The position numbers and the translations under genes are program-made. This document shows, in pieces, positions 27,501-34,507 of a DNA stretch of 64,000 nt. The first letter of the stretch is position 1. The number at the start of each line of letters is the position of its first letter. This stretch comes from Victivallales bacterium. Lineage in GTDB: Bacteria; Verrucomicrobiota; Lentisphaeria; Victivallales; GWF2-50-93. The stretch is from the NCBI GenBank assembly GCA_049297395.1, contig JBAQUG010000497.1:5516-69515 (forward strand), given 5' to 3'. The notes under the pieces are model-generated. The model saw only the letters and a program-made list of their open reading frames with translations. It did no database searches and was not told where the DNA came from.

Positions 27501-29294
27501 CGTAAAAACATCGACCGCCCCGCTGTTCGGCCACACAAGGAATGAAAGGGTGCTGAAGGGACCTGAGACGTCCGCATTTCCGGAGTCAAGCATGGAGCCA
27601 TTGGCCCAGCTTGTAACCTGATCAATGGCCTGTACCACGACTATCCTTCTCTTGTCGTTGGGAATTGTAGCCACTACAAGATGCGCCTTCCCGGGCTTTT
27701 TTACTTTCAACGTATATGCAAACCAGTCCGGAGAGATATAACTCGCCCCCGATTTTTTTTCCCCTTCCCTGACACGGCGGTATTTCTTGGTTTCTGCGTC
27801 TTTTATATAGTAGCATCGCCTGTCCAGTTCGACGCCGGCATTGCCGGTAAGGCGGTAACGCCCAACCGGGCTGTCCACCACCCGGCTCGTCCCGTTGTCG
27901 CGGAACTTATGCTCCGCATCCTGCGTCAATGTGCAGTCAACGCTGTCAACCAGCTCCCTGCGGATCTCGCCAGTGGAAGCGCCGCCTTTGGGCAACGGCA
28001 TGGGGGTCGGGTCAATAACCACGAACGCCCAGGGTCCGTCGATGATCTTGCCGGATGCGTCCTTGACCGTGTATTCAAATGCGCCTTCAGTATTGCTGGG
28101 ATAGCTTATGCTTGCTGACAGGTGGCTGGCTTCCTTCGCGAGTTTGCCTTCCCCGGTCCAGACTGGTGTCTTGCTCCCGCGCTGTTCCTTCACCTCGAGG
28201 AGGAAACGTTCCCCGGCACCGACCATTTTCTCCACTTTTATTGTCAGTGGTTCGTCTTTCGCCAATATCATGTCATCGCGATCCATGCCGTTCTTGTCGA
28301 CCGCATGGATACCGATGTCAACCGTGTCGCCGGAATGGATTTTGGAAATGCCGATACGCATCTGCGGCATGAGCTCATCCATTTTATCCACCCAGGGATA
28401 CGGGGAATCGACACGGTAAATTGCCAGCGTGTGCTTTCCTGCCTTGAGATGGCGCAACGCTCCCGCCCGATGGAGGAAATCAAGGGCGTAGCCTTGTTTC
28501 ACGCCAGGATCAAGACGGCGTTCCCCCTGGAGATAGAACAGTGGCTTATCGTCAAACCAAGCCTTGAACCAGCGAGGCGGATCAATAGGACCGATTGCTA
28601 TTTCATACAGCCCCTCGTCTTTGATTTCAAAACTGGTAGTGCGCTGGTTGAAGATTTCATCCCGCCATTTTTCCAGAAGGATATCCGGGCGCCATGCCAG
28701 CTTTTCCTCCGAGTCCTTCACCGTGTGCGACAACGCCTCGGGGGGAATCAGTTTGAAATCGGATGCACCAGGCTTTTGCCACTTTATAACAGCCTTCATC
28801 AGTTCGCGGCTTGATTTCCTTGTCGCATCAGGTCTGGCGCCGTCATATTTCAAATAGAGGGTAATGGGAACAGTCCCGGCATCCAGCCGGATCTTACCTG
28901 TGCCATCAACCGGACACTTTATCCCATTGACTTTCAACTCCGACTCCACTTCCTCAATCTTGAATTTATATTCACCTTCTGTAGGGATGGAAATGCTGCT
29001 ACGGCAGGCCATGGACCAGCCCTGGGCACGATGGAACTCCGCGCCTTTCGCCGGATCGCTGTTTGCCGCCGGCCACTTCAACTTATTGATATCCGCACTG
29101 ATATCCGCGCCATTGGCGACAAAACTGCCGCCGTAAAACCAGAAGGTCGGCTCTCCATAGTAGTGGACTACCCACCCCGGGGAACTGGACTGTTGTGCGT
29201 CAGGCTCAGCAGCATGACAAAAGAGCAGAGCGCCAAACGAGATGCAAATGAGGATCAATTTCCATAACGGTTTACTTCCTGAAAGGTTCTCCAT
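24516..29294 (-). CDS. Giant secreted GH-like protein, divergent paralog A5, with N-terminal PA14-like domain
   Basis: Signal peptide MENLSGSKPLWKLILICISFGALLFCHAAEP. PA14-like region GWVVHYYGEPTFWFYGG...WSMACRSSISIPTEGEYKFKIEEVESELKVNGIKC. Family blocks: FAYTLKVKKPGKAHLVVATIPNDKRR, GAISKIELYEL, NGYDDFTVSLFEKETGVSIGVANAGDERFKLRREHL, WIDWRCQKV, VFYLVNQ. Confidence 0.8.
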   Translation of the reverse strand: MENLSGSKPLWKLILICISFGALLFCHAAEPDAQQSSSPGWVVHYYGEPTFWFYGGSFVANGADISADINKLKWPAANSDPAKGAEFHRAQGWSMACRSSISIPTEGEYKFKIEEVESELKVNGIKCPVDGTGKIRLDAGTVPITLYLKYDGARPDATRKSSRELMKAVIKWQKPGASDFKLIPPEALSHTVKDSEEKLAWRPDILLEKWRDEIFNQRTTSFEIKDEGLYEIAIGPIDPPRWFKAWFDDKPLFYLQGERRLDPGVKQGYALDFLHRAGALRHLKAGKHTLAIYRVDSPYPWVDKMDELMPQMRIGISKIHSGDTVDIGIHAVDKNGMDRDDMILAKDEPLTIKVEKMVGAGERFLLEVKEQRGSKTPVWTGEGKLAKEASHLSASISYPSNTEGAFEYTVKDASGKIIDGPWAFVVIDPTPMPLPKGGASTGEIRRELVDSVDCTLTQDAEHKFRDNGTSRVVDSPVGRYRLTGNAGVELDRRCYYIKDAETKKYRRVREGEKKSGASYISPDWFAYTLKVKKPGKAHLVVATIPNDKRRIVVVQAIDQVTSWANGSMLDSGNADVSGPFSTLSFLVWPNSGAVDVFTVCHNGNHNSRLNREGAISKIELYELPEGLPPLPEPAGGWEQKREFGADSEQTNIWAFESTMPPLWEGNDFISGLLSNLRGGFYQDWRALHAGAERYTRLSRYRGDNLIMVPALSYNMTFLQGVPHLPKGQDVYSTGGRGRLVDPIERDIFKMLLMTGQKNNARMVADLMVSRLSEGAVQHFARKCGYEAADELFVTDSNGKCYDGGSGWTHRILNPAHPASRKYFTTVLGEISRQYGGFPSFAGVRLRWWTPWQSGFDPFYISDSNGYDDFTVSLFEKETGVSIGVANAGDERFKLRREHLLKDDLRDKWIDWRCQKVESLLEEGVAELRRNAPSARLYSGAYAAWKIAPARESGIDYASLAGRRDIGFEKWEKFRGGNDENIELNGFDPVAFANFDVREPAEIRGNIENFTPGDTAYIRNLCHDFALIGHPRQLEQPAKALAAGQLDRIVCGELWGISPVDEGLRSFVRVFRAIPDLKYERFAGKGSDQPVVVCWSAQRQDKTGWIFHGKELVFYLVNQTPYRRELEISLPKDADGVKDLVSGETLAAKGNVVNVSLDPFMPALFAAKGITSIEGMNIQVRPDEIERIGKQVEFLRKINAAAGDMKHVFVGAGGCAAGVKDTCEWDRRDAIETFAGSFNPVDKAWRDKEYLKAGFLIQRIASERRWWLEAFGWPDGMEDYAVCSGNAGYLLQHNFKPEGAAKLAKLAQYTEEDFVVIPSGKTVYHASTATAGQFELRIRGLFGKGYGPIKVGFNGKTVGTIGEGYGETRHIRNVLSVPLSINSGLYDMTLTSEGANGLAISSMEMAFLPPVTIKKWSAIGLFDFNVEDGKPYTWEKRSECYAKATFPPEKEISLSSEYKGMDGKSIQWRQIDIGDDKYVKLLEKYYPYVHIKNYGIPGSGIAYLASWIYSPGRRNVILYYAMDWDGRVWLNDEPVLDISGPWGKFASKTILLNAGWNKLLVKTTTGRDGWNANFAVSDPGDQKYSPTPPETGK
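24519..25052 (-). other. Shared C-terminal jelly-roll module, divergent copy in A5
   Basis: WSAIGLFDF...FPPEKEISLSSEYKGMDGKSIQW...SPGRRNVILYYAMDWDGRVWLNDE...LNAGWNKLLVKTTTGRDGWNANFAVSDPGD. Confidence 0.6.
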
Positions 29295-29343
29295 TTTTCA
29301 TTTCCCCTTGTTTTTTATTCAAAATTTGATTTGTTTAAATTGC

Positions 29344-29955
29344 TTACAAATCACCAGGAACAGGATAATCCTTGCTGGTAAGATAATAATTCATATCCCA
29401 GGAAGGAAAGTTACCGTCGAAATTCCCTTCAGGATTGTCGGGACATGTGAAAAACTTTGTATGGCCGCCATTGGGCTTCAGGTTTTTCGTGATGTCCAGG
29501 CCTACAAGAGGGGCAATCTTAAACATCCAATTGTATGCTTTTGCGGTCGAACCGGGAAGATTCGGGGTCGGGGTCGTATCGGCAATATGCTCGTTCCAGT
29601 CCCCCGCATAAAGAATATTGGCGGCGTCCATCTGCCGCAGGGTGTTTTTACAGCTAATTTTCTTCGCTGTATCCTTCGCGCTTTTCAGCGCGGGCAGCAG
29701 CATTGCAGCAAGAATTGCGATGATCGCAATCACCAATAAGAGCTCAATAAGCGTAAACACTTGTTGAACTTGCCTCCGCTTCCGCTTCGGGCAGAACTGC
29801 CCGCTGGCTGCGGCTGGTACGGTCACCAGGGGTTCTATTATCCGCCGGAGCAATAAGATGAATGCAAGATGCCGGATGCAGGTCGCTAGATTAGAATGTC
29901 TGGCGTCCTGGCTCCTGGAAAAAAGCTTCTTCCCCGCCCCAGTCTTGGTATCCAT
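29344..29955 (-). CDS. Prepilin-type N-terminal methylation domain protein (short pseudopilin-like), P2; true start uncertain
   Basis: [45 protein letters not shown]. The ATG at 29955 leaves about 70 aa before the FTLIELL motif, with no closer ATG. The next gene (A5) starts 49 nt after the stop. A consensus promoter sits at 30016-30044. Confidence 0.75.
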   Translation of the reverse strand: MDTKTGAGKKLFSRSQDARHSNLATCIRHLAFILLLRRIIEPLVTVPAAASGQFCPKRKRRQVQQVFTLIELLLVIAIIAILAAMLLPALKSAKDTAKKISCKNTLRQMDAANILYAGDWNEHIADTTPTPNLPGSTAKAYNWMFKIAPLVGLDITKNLKPNGGHTKFFTCPDNPEGNFDGNFPSWDMNYYLTSKDYPVPGDL

Positions 29956-30015
29956 CGGACACGCCCTCCAATATTAGGATATACAGGTATAAATATATTA
30001 TATCAATATAAAGTC

Positions 30016-30044
30016 AGTATATCAATGTATCATGGCAAAGTCAA
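30016..30044 (-). promoter_or_regulatory. Sigma70-type promoter TTGACT-N17-TATACT with TG extended -10 (drives the P2-A5... operon)
   Basis: The minus strand reads TTGACTttgccatgatacatTGaTATACT. The spacer is exactly 17 nt. The predicted TSS is near 30009, 54 nt upstream of ATG 29955. Confidence 0.65.
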
Positions 30045-30085
30045 GGGCTGTCCTGAAGAAATTAATTTAAATGAAAAGTTGTGGT

Positions 30086-30463
30086 TCAGTGAATATTTGC
30101 CTTGTAATTTACACCCGGCAGACTGCGGAAATGATTATCCTGCGTCCATAGGATTGCCCCATGGGAACGTGCAGTTGCATAGATCAGGCTGTCCGCCATG
30201 GGCAACTTGTACTTCAGGCTGATTAGAGCCGCACTGAGAGCCACGTCTTCAGTAATGTCCACAATGAGCCCTTGTTTCATCTGGGCTACGGCTTGAAGGG
30301 CACGCGCTTCATCGGCTGCAATATTGACCTTCTTGAAGACCTCGTATAGACAGATAACCGGCACAATCAATGCATCCGTTTTCTCAATGGGGCTTGTAAA
30401 ATAATCGGCATTGGCTTCGGCAAAGAAATATTCGATCCATCCCGATGTGTCAACAAGGTTCAT
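30086..30463 (-). CDS. vapC: PIN-domain ribonuclease toxin VapC
   Basis: MNLVDTSGWIEYF (Asp5), LYEVFKKV (Glu), and DSLIYATARSHGAILWTQDNHF (Asp..Asp) are the canonical PIN acidic residues. There is a 4-nt overlap (ATGA) with the upstream antitoxin gene. Confidence 0.85.
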   Translation of the reverse strand: MNLVDTSGWIEYFFAEANADYFTSPIEKTDALIVPVICLYEVFKKVNIAADEARALQAVAQMKQGLIVDITEDVALSAALISLKYKLPMADSLIYATARSHGAILWTQDNHFRSLPGVNYKANIH

Positions 30464-30669
30464 GTACGATCATCCTTTTCGCGAATGAACGTTGAGTCCA
30501 GGCCATGCAGGAACCCCTGCATTTTACGCATTGGACGAGTCCGGACAAGCTCAATCCTGTCGTCAAAACTTAATATCTGGAGTTTCTCTCCCGGCTTGAT
30601 GTGTGTCCGCTCCCTTATTTCCTTGGGAATAACAACCTGATATTTTGGAGAAACAGTTACCGCGTTCAT
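30460..30669 (-). CDS. vapB: AbrB/SpoVT-type antitoxin VapB
   Basis: MNAVTVSPKYQVVIPKEIRERTHIKPGEKLQILSFDDRIELV is a swapped-hairpin AbrB/MazE-like fold motif. AGGTGA Shine-Dalgarno lies 5 nt before ATG 30669. The ORF-track start at 30678 is a GTG. Confidence 0.8.
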   Translation of the reverse strand: MNAVTVSPKYQVVIPKEIRERTHIKPGEKLQILSFDDRIELVRTRPMRKMQGFLHGLDSTFIREKDDRT

Positions 30670-30747
30670 ATCGATCACCTTTTAGTTGTACGATAATCTG
30701 ATCGATGCGGCTTGTCAAGCCCTGAAATCATTGCTGTCATATTATTT

Positions 30748-32562
30748 TTACATCCCTCCCCATGCGGACAGTTTCCGTCTGAGCAGCGGGGCGTATTCCT
30801 CGCCAAGGCTGAACACGCCGGTCTTCGGGTCGGGAGCGATCCGTCCGCACTCATACTGGAGATTATTCCTGAACGCCATGTCCAGGTGCTCCTCCACATC
30901 GGCCATAGATTTGGTCTCGCAGAGATCCAGGGCGACGATATTGCCGGGATTGAAGTGCTTGATCATGACCGCCCGGCCGGCATGCTGATGCTGGCTGACA
31001 GGCACATCATACGTGCGCACGAGATCCTGGCAGTCCGTGAAATGCGGATGCGCCGTACACCCCAGCATCTGCGCGTCGGGTTTGATCTCTTTCATCAGGT
31101 CGTACCAGAGTTTCTGGTGGCGGTGGATGAAACGCTCCTCGCCGCGCCATTCCGGATTGTGGATCGGAAAGACAGGATGGATCTTGTCAGCCATGAAGTC
31201 GAGTTTCAAGCCGTCGGCGTCGAGACATCCCCTCTCGCCGCTGAACCAGTGGTGAACCATTGGCGCGACATACTCCTTCTGGACTTTCGGATTGGAATAG
31301 TCAACAAGCGGCATGCCATGCCGACCGAGCACACCACCTCCGCAGAGCCATTCCTTCCTGGCGAGCATGTCCGAGCCTTTGAAATAGTCATACGGTGCGA
31401 TCCACAAAATCGCCTTCATGCCCATTTTGTGGATGCGGTCGATCTGGGCGCGCAGATTTGGGAACTTTTTGGGATTCGGTGTCCAGTCGCCACGGATCTT
31501 CTCCCATCCGGCGTCGATGATCACCGTCCCGAACGGATATTTTTCCTTCTCTATGATATCCAGAAGATGGTCGAGCATTGCTGCATCGAAGGCCTCCACC
31601 GGATCCTTGCCGGTGAACGTGTCGCCGGGGAATGCGTAATAGGCGGCATTGCCGCTGAGATATCCCTGGTCGTTCCAGGTACAGTATGCGGGGTGCAGCC
31701 ACCAATGGGGGGCTTCCCTGTGCGAGAGTCGCGGAATTTCGCCGTCCTCCTCAAGCATGTGCACATAATGATCGACGCTTTTCCACGCGTCGCCGTGATG
31801 GTCCAGCCAGAGATAAAGTCGTGGAGCTTTGGCCGTCGAACCTGCTGAAACCGCAAAACCGTTTTCACCTCCGTAGTTGAAGCGCAGCTTTTCCAGACGC
31901 TGCCCGCCTACGGACAGTTCAAGTCCGAATCCCTGCGGAAGATCTCGGGCGGCGAGCCCCATCATCACATCGTCCCTCTGGAAAAGCATGATCGACGGAC
32001 GCGGCGTGAACTGCCAGTCGTAGGAATAAGTGCTGAGTTCAGTTTTCCTTGCCCACTGTTCGACGATCTCCCTGTTGAATCCCGGCGACAGGAGATCCTC
32101 CATCTTCCTGCCGCCCTGGTAGAGATTGTGTGTCTCAAACGTGGCCGTATGCCCATGCCGGTTGCGCCAGTGGTGGACATGGAAGAGATTCAGCTCCAGC
32201 CCCGGTTCAAGGATGTTCCAGTTGGCCACGGTGAGATCGCGCCGTGCCTGGACCGATGACGACAGCTCGATATGGTCAGGATAACACAGAAGCTCCGTCA
32301 CCAGCGGGCCATACGAGGCGTTGGACGAGGTTCCCGTCATGGAAACACGCACCGCCCCCTTTGCCGCCTGCTCGACACGGATGTCCGAAACACTCCATTC
32401 GGATGGGACACCATGAAATTCAGGCTTGTAGATCAACGGTGTCTTCATCTGGAACAGAATGTGCGTCGTCCTCGGATCAATCAGGGCGAAACGTTCCCTT
32501 CCAATCTCCAGCCGGTAATCAAAGAAACTGATTGTCGTCACGTCTTTCGTAATCTTACTCAT
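30748..32562 (-). CDS. Cytoplasmic clan GH-D alpha-glycosidase (GH36/GH27-like alpha-galactosidase type)
   Basis: VIIDAGWEKIRGDWTPNPKKFPNLRAQIDRIHKMGMKAILWIAPY matches the D(D/A)GW..GDW...KFP...Gmk..lW..P pattern. LKLDFMADK corresponds to the KxD nucleophile-region block. No signal peptide. AAGGAG Shine-Dalgarno. Confidence 0.6.
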   Translation of the reverse strand: MSKITKDVTTISFFDYRLEIGRERFALIDPRTTHILFQMKTPLIYKPEFHGVPSEWSVSDIRVEQAAKGAVRVSMTGTSSNASYGPLVTELLCYPDHIELSSSVQARRDLTVANWNILEPGLELNLFHVHHWRNRHGHTATFETHNLYQGGRKMEDLLSPGFNREIVEQWARKTELSTYSYDWQFTPRPSIMLFQRDDVMMGLAARDLPQGFGLELSVGGQRLEKLRFNYGGENGFAVSAGSTAKAPRLYLWLDHHGDAWKSVDHYVHMLEEDGEIPRLSHREAPHWWLHPAYCTWNDQGYLSGNAAYYAFPGDTFTGKDPVEAFDAAMLDHLLDIIEKEKYPFGTVIIDAGWEKIRGDWTPNPKKFPNLRAQIDRIHKMGMKAILWIAPYDYFKGSDMLARKEWLCGGGVLGRHGMPLVDYSNPKVQKEYVAPMVHHWFSGERGCLDADGLKLDFMADKIHPVFPIHNPEWRGEERFIHRHQKLWYDLMKEIKPDAQMLGCTAHPHFTDCQDLVRTYDVPVSQHQHAGRAVMIKHFNPGNIVALDLCETKSMADVEEHLDMAFRNNLQYECGRIAPDPKTGVFSLGEEYAPLLRRKLSAWGGM

Positions 32563-32586
32563 TCAAAATTCTCCTTGTCCAGTCCA

Positions 32587-32853
32587 TTATTTAGGAATTG
32601 TAATTCTTATTATCCTCTGGTTGTCAGTGTTTTCTTCGAGAGTTATGTCGCCCTGTTTGAGGTCCGCTCCTGAATTCAGCCAGCCGCCACCGCGCCAGCT
32701 CATGTCAAAATGGATGGCGTGGTCCTCGCCTTCCTTGAGCTTGCCCTGTTCAATGTATTTTTTCGTGGTTTCGCCCCATAATCCATCTCCGCGCGGGAAA
32801 AGATCGACGGGTTTGCTGGACAGTGAATTCAACATCCGTTCCTTGTGAGTCAT
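32587..32853 (-). CDS. Small hypothetical protein (88 aa); N-terminus resembles the start of URO-D/MtaA-like proteins, possibly a gene remnant
   Basis: MTHKERMLNSLSSKPVDLFPRGDG.. resembles the usual M-T-x-x-ER-x-L-x-A-L-x-G-x-x-x-D-R-x-P opening of uroporphyrinogen-decarboxylase-like proteins. The ORF stops after 88 aa, against about 350 aa normally. It lies 24 nt upstream of the GH36-like gene. Confidence 0.3.
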   Translation of the reverse strand: MTHKERMLNSLSSKPVDLFPRGDGLWGETTKKYIEQGKLKEGEDHAIHFDMSWRGGGWLNSGADLKQGDITLEENTDNQRIIRITIPK

Positions 32854-33027
32854 AAATAAAATTCCTTTATGCTTGTTTGAGTATCGGTGGATACAAATAT
32901 TGCCAAATATCAGAATTTATAGTGGTTATAAGGGGAAAAACAATTATTTCGACATGCTTCATTTTCCATTTTACACTTTTATCTTTGGAGATCAATGGAA
33001 ATAATCCAAATTCTGTTCCGTCCAATG

Positions 33028-33465
33028 TCAGGAATCAGGTAATTCAATCGTATAGGAAATTGTATTTTTGAGGCCATCCGGCAATTCGCCATAAGCGAAT
33101 GAATCCGTCTTGACGCAGATACCGCTGTTCTTTTTCGTAATTTTGAAATTACCGTCGTTTTGTATCATGTTCCACGAGAAAATATCAGTCGCTACTTTTC
33201 CGTGTTCATCATTGACACTAAGGTGGATCAGCCACACATGAGGAGACAACCAGCGCATGCGTTGCCTTCAGTCATGATCGTTTTGAATCATCTCCATGTA
33301 ACTGCCACAGGTGCTGTCGCCCCAGCCTTCATTGGCGATAAACACAGGCTGTTGCCGGGTATCCGTGAGTCCGTCGTTGAGAGAGGTCATCCAACTCTGC
33401 GTGCAGTTCCCCATTTGCCCGTAAGCGGCCTTGACACCAGAGCCAAGGAGACACTTTTCAGGCAT
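33028..33465 (-). pseudogene. Small ORF pair in one frame separated by a single TGA (65 aa + 76 aa): either an interrupted 146-aa gene or two tandem mini-genes
   Basis: 33268-33465 and 33028-33258 are in the same frame. The junction reads ..MIQNDHD-TGA-RQR-MRWLSPH... GGAGAC Shine-Dalgarno precedes ATG 33465 and GAAGG precedes ATG 33258. Both halves contain MIQND. No homolog recognised. Confidence 0.35.
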
Positions 33466-33492
33466 GAAGTCAAAGTCTCCTATGAAATCTGG

Positions 33493-34380
33493 TTACCTTG
33501 AAAGCTTGTTAAAGAACTGGATGGCCTTACCTTTAGCAGTATCGATGATTTTAAACTTTCCGACGAAGGCTCCATTCTTTTTAATGTCTATTTTACCGCT
33601 TTTCCTCATTTTATGGTATTCTGCTTCTTTAATTATATTAATTTTACCAGCCATATCTCCGTCGAGGAAAAATGTTGTGGCGCCATCGGGTTTCAAAGGG
33701 TTTGCCGAAGCTATTTCTTCATTTGTCCGAACCCTATTCGAGATACGACAGGAAAGAATGGTGGCGGGAGCCAGGTTAAGACTGCCTATACTAAAAAGAT
33801 CATTTTCAGAAAAGGAGCGAATGCCATTATCTTTTTGGGTGAAATTTCCTCTGCAGCACAACTTGCCGTCTAAAAACATTTCGACATGTAGTACATCATT
33901 ATCAATCTTCCAAGTCACTGCAAGCAAATGCCATTCACCTCGCAACAACCATTTCCCCTTGTCTTTGTTGCCGGGAATCGTTAAACACCCATACCTAGCA
34001 GGGGGGGAGGTTTTTGTTTCTGCATAATAGTTAGTGTTTGCAAACGCAATGGAGTGCGCCCCTTTTTGCTGAGCCATAAAAACAGCAAATTTTGGAAAAT
34101 CCTTTTCAGTCTGTCCACCAGCCTTGTCAAGGATATTCAAAAAGGGGAATGGATAGCAATCAGACTCGTCTATACGAAGATAATCGTCGAATGAATAATC
34201 CAGGTAAAACCATGTCTCAAGAGTACCCTCCTTGATATTGATAGCCCCGTTCAATGGCGCGAGGAACATCCCTGCGTCAATTTCCTTGGCTTTGCCATCT
34301 TCCGCTCCAGAACTAAATGATGCAAGCACAAATGCTGTAATCACCGCCAGAACAATGTTGCGAAAACAATTATATTTCAT
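33493..34380 (-). CDS. Secreted concanavalin-A-like lectin / LamG-domain protein
   Basis: Signal peptide MKYNCFRNIVLAVITAFVLASFSSGAEDG. LamG-type blocks: GTLETWFYLD, EWHLLAVTWKIDNDVLHVEMFLDGKL, FSIGSLN...SCRISNRVRT. GGAGGA Shine-Dalgarno. The gene is markedly AT-rich. Confidence 0.6.
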   Translation of the reverse strand: MKYNCFRNIVLAVITAFVLASFSSGAEDGKAKEIDAGMFLAPLNGAINIKEGTLETWFYLDYSFDDYLRIDESDCYPFPFLNILDKAGGQTEKDFPKFAVFMAQQKGAHSIAFANTNYYAETKTSPPARYGCLTIPGNKDKGKWLLRGEWHLLAVTWKIDNDVLHVEMFLDGKLCCRGNFTQKDNGIRSFSENDLFSIGSLNLAPATILSCRISNRVRTNEEIASANPLKPDGATTFFLDGDMAGKINIIKEAEYHKMRKSGKIDIKKNGAFVGKFKIIDTAKGKAIQFFNKLSR

Positions 34381-34507
34381 CTTGATCCTCCATAATAATT
34401 ATAACGAGTTAGTCGTTCTTTTTAGTGATCTGCTCTATTCTATCAGCATGCCCTGGGCCGAAGCACGTTCCTTTACCATGGTTCCGAGGCGTACGGCCTC
34501 GTCCTTA

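Noticed and set aside
33268-33270. The in-frame TGA could encode selenocysteine or be programmed read-through.
   Set aside because: No SECIS-like stem-loop is evident just downstream. There is no Cys-homolog evidence and no sel genes in the window. A nonsense mutation or two separate mini-genes is more parsimonious.
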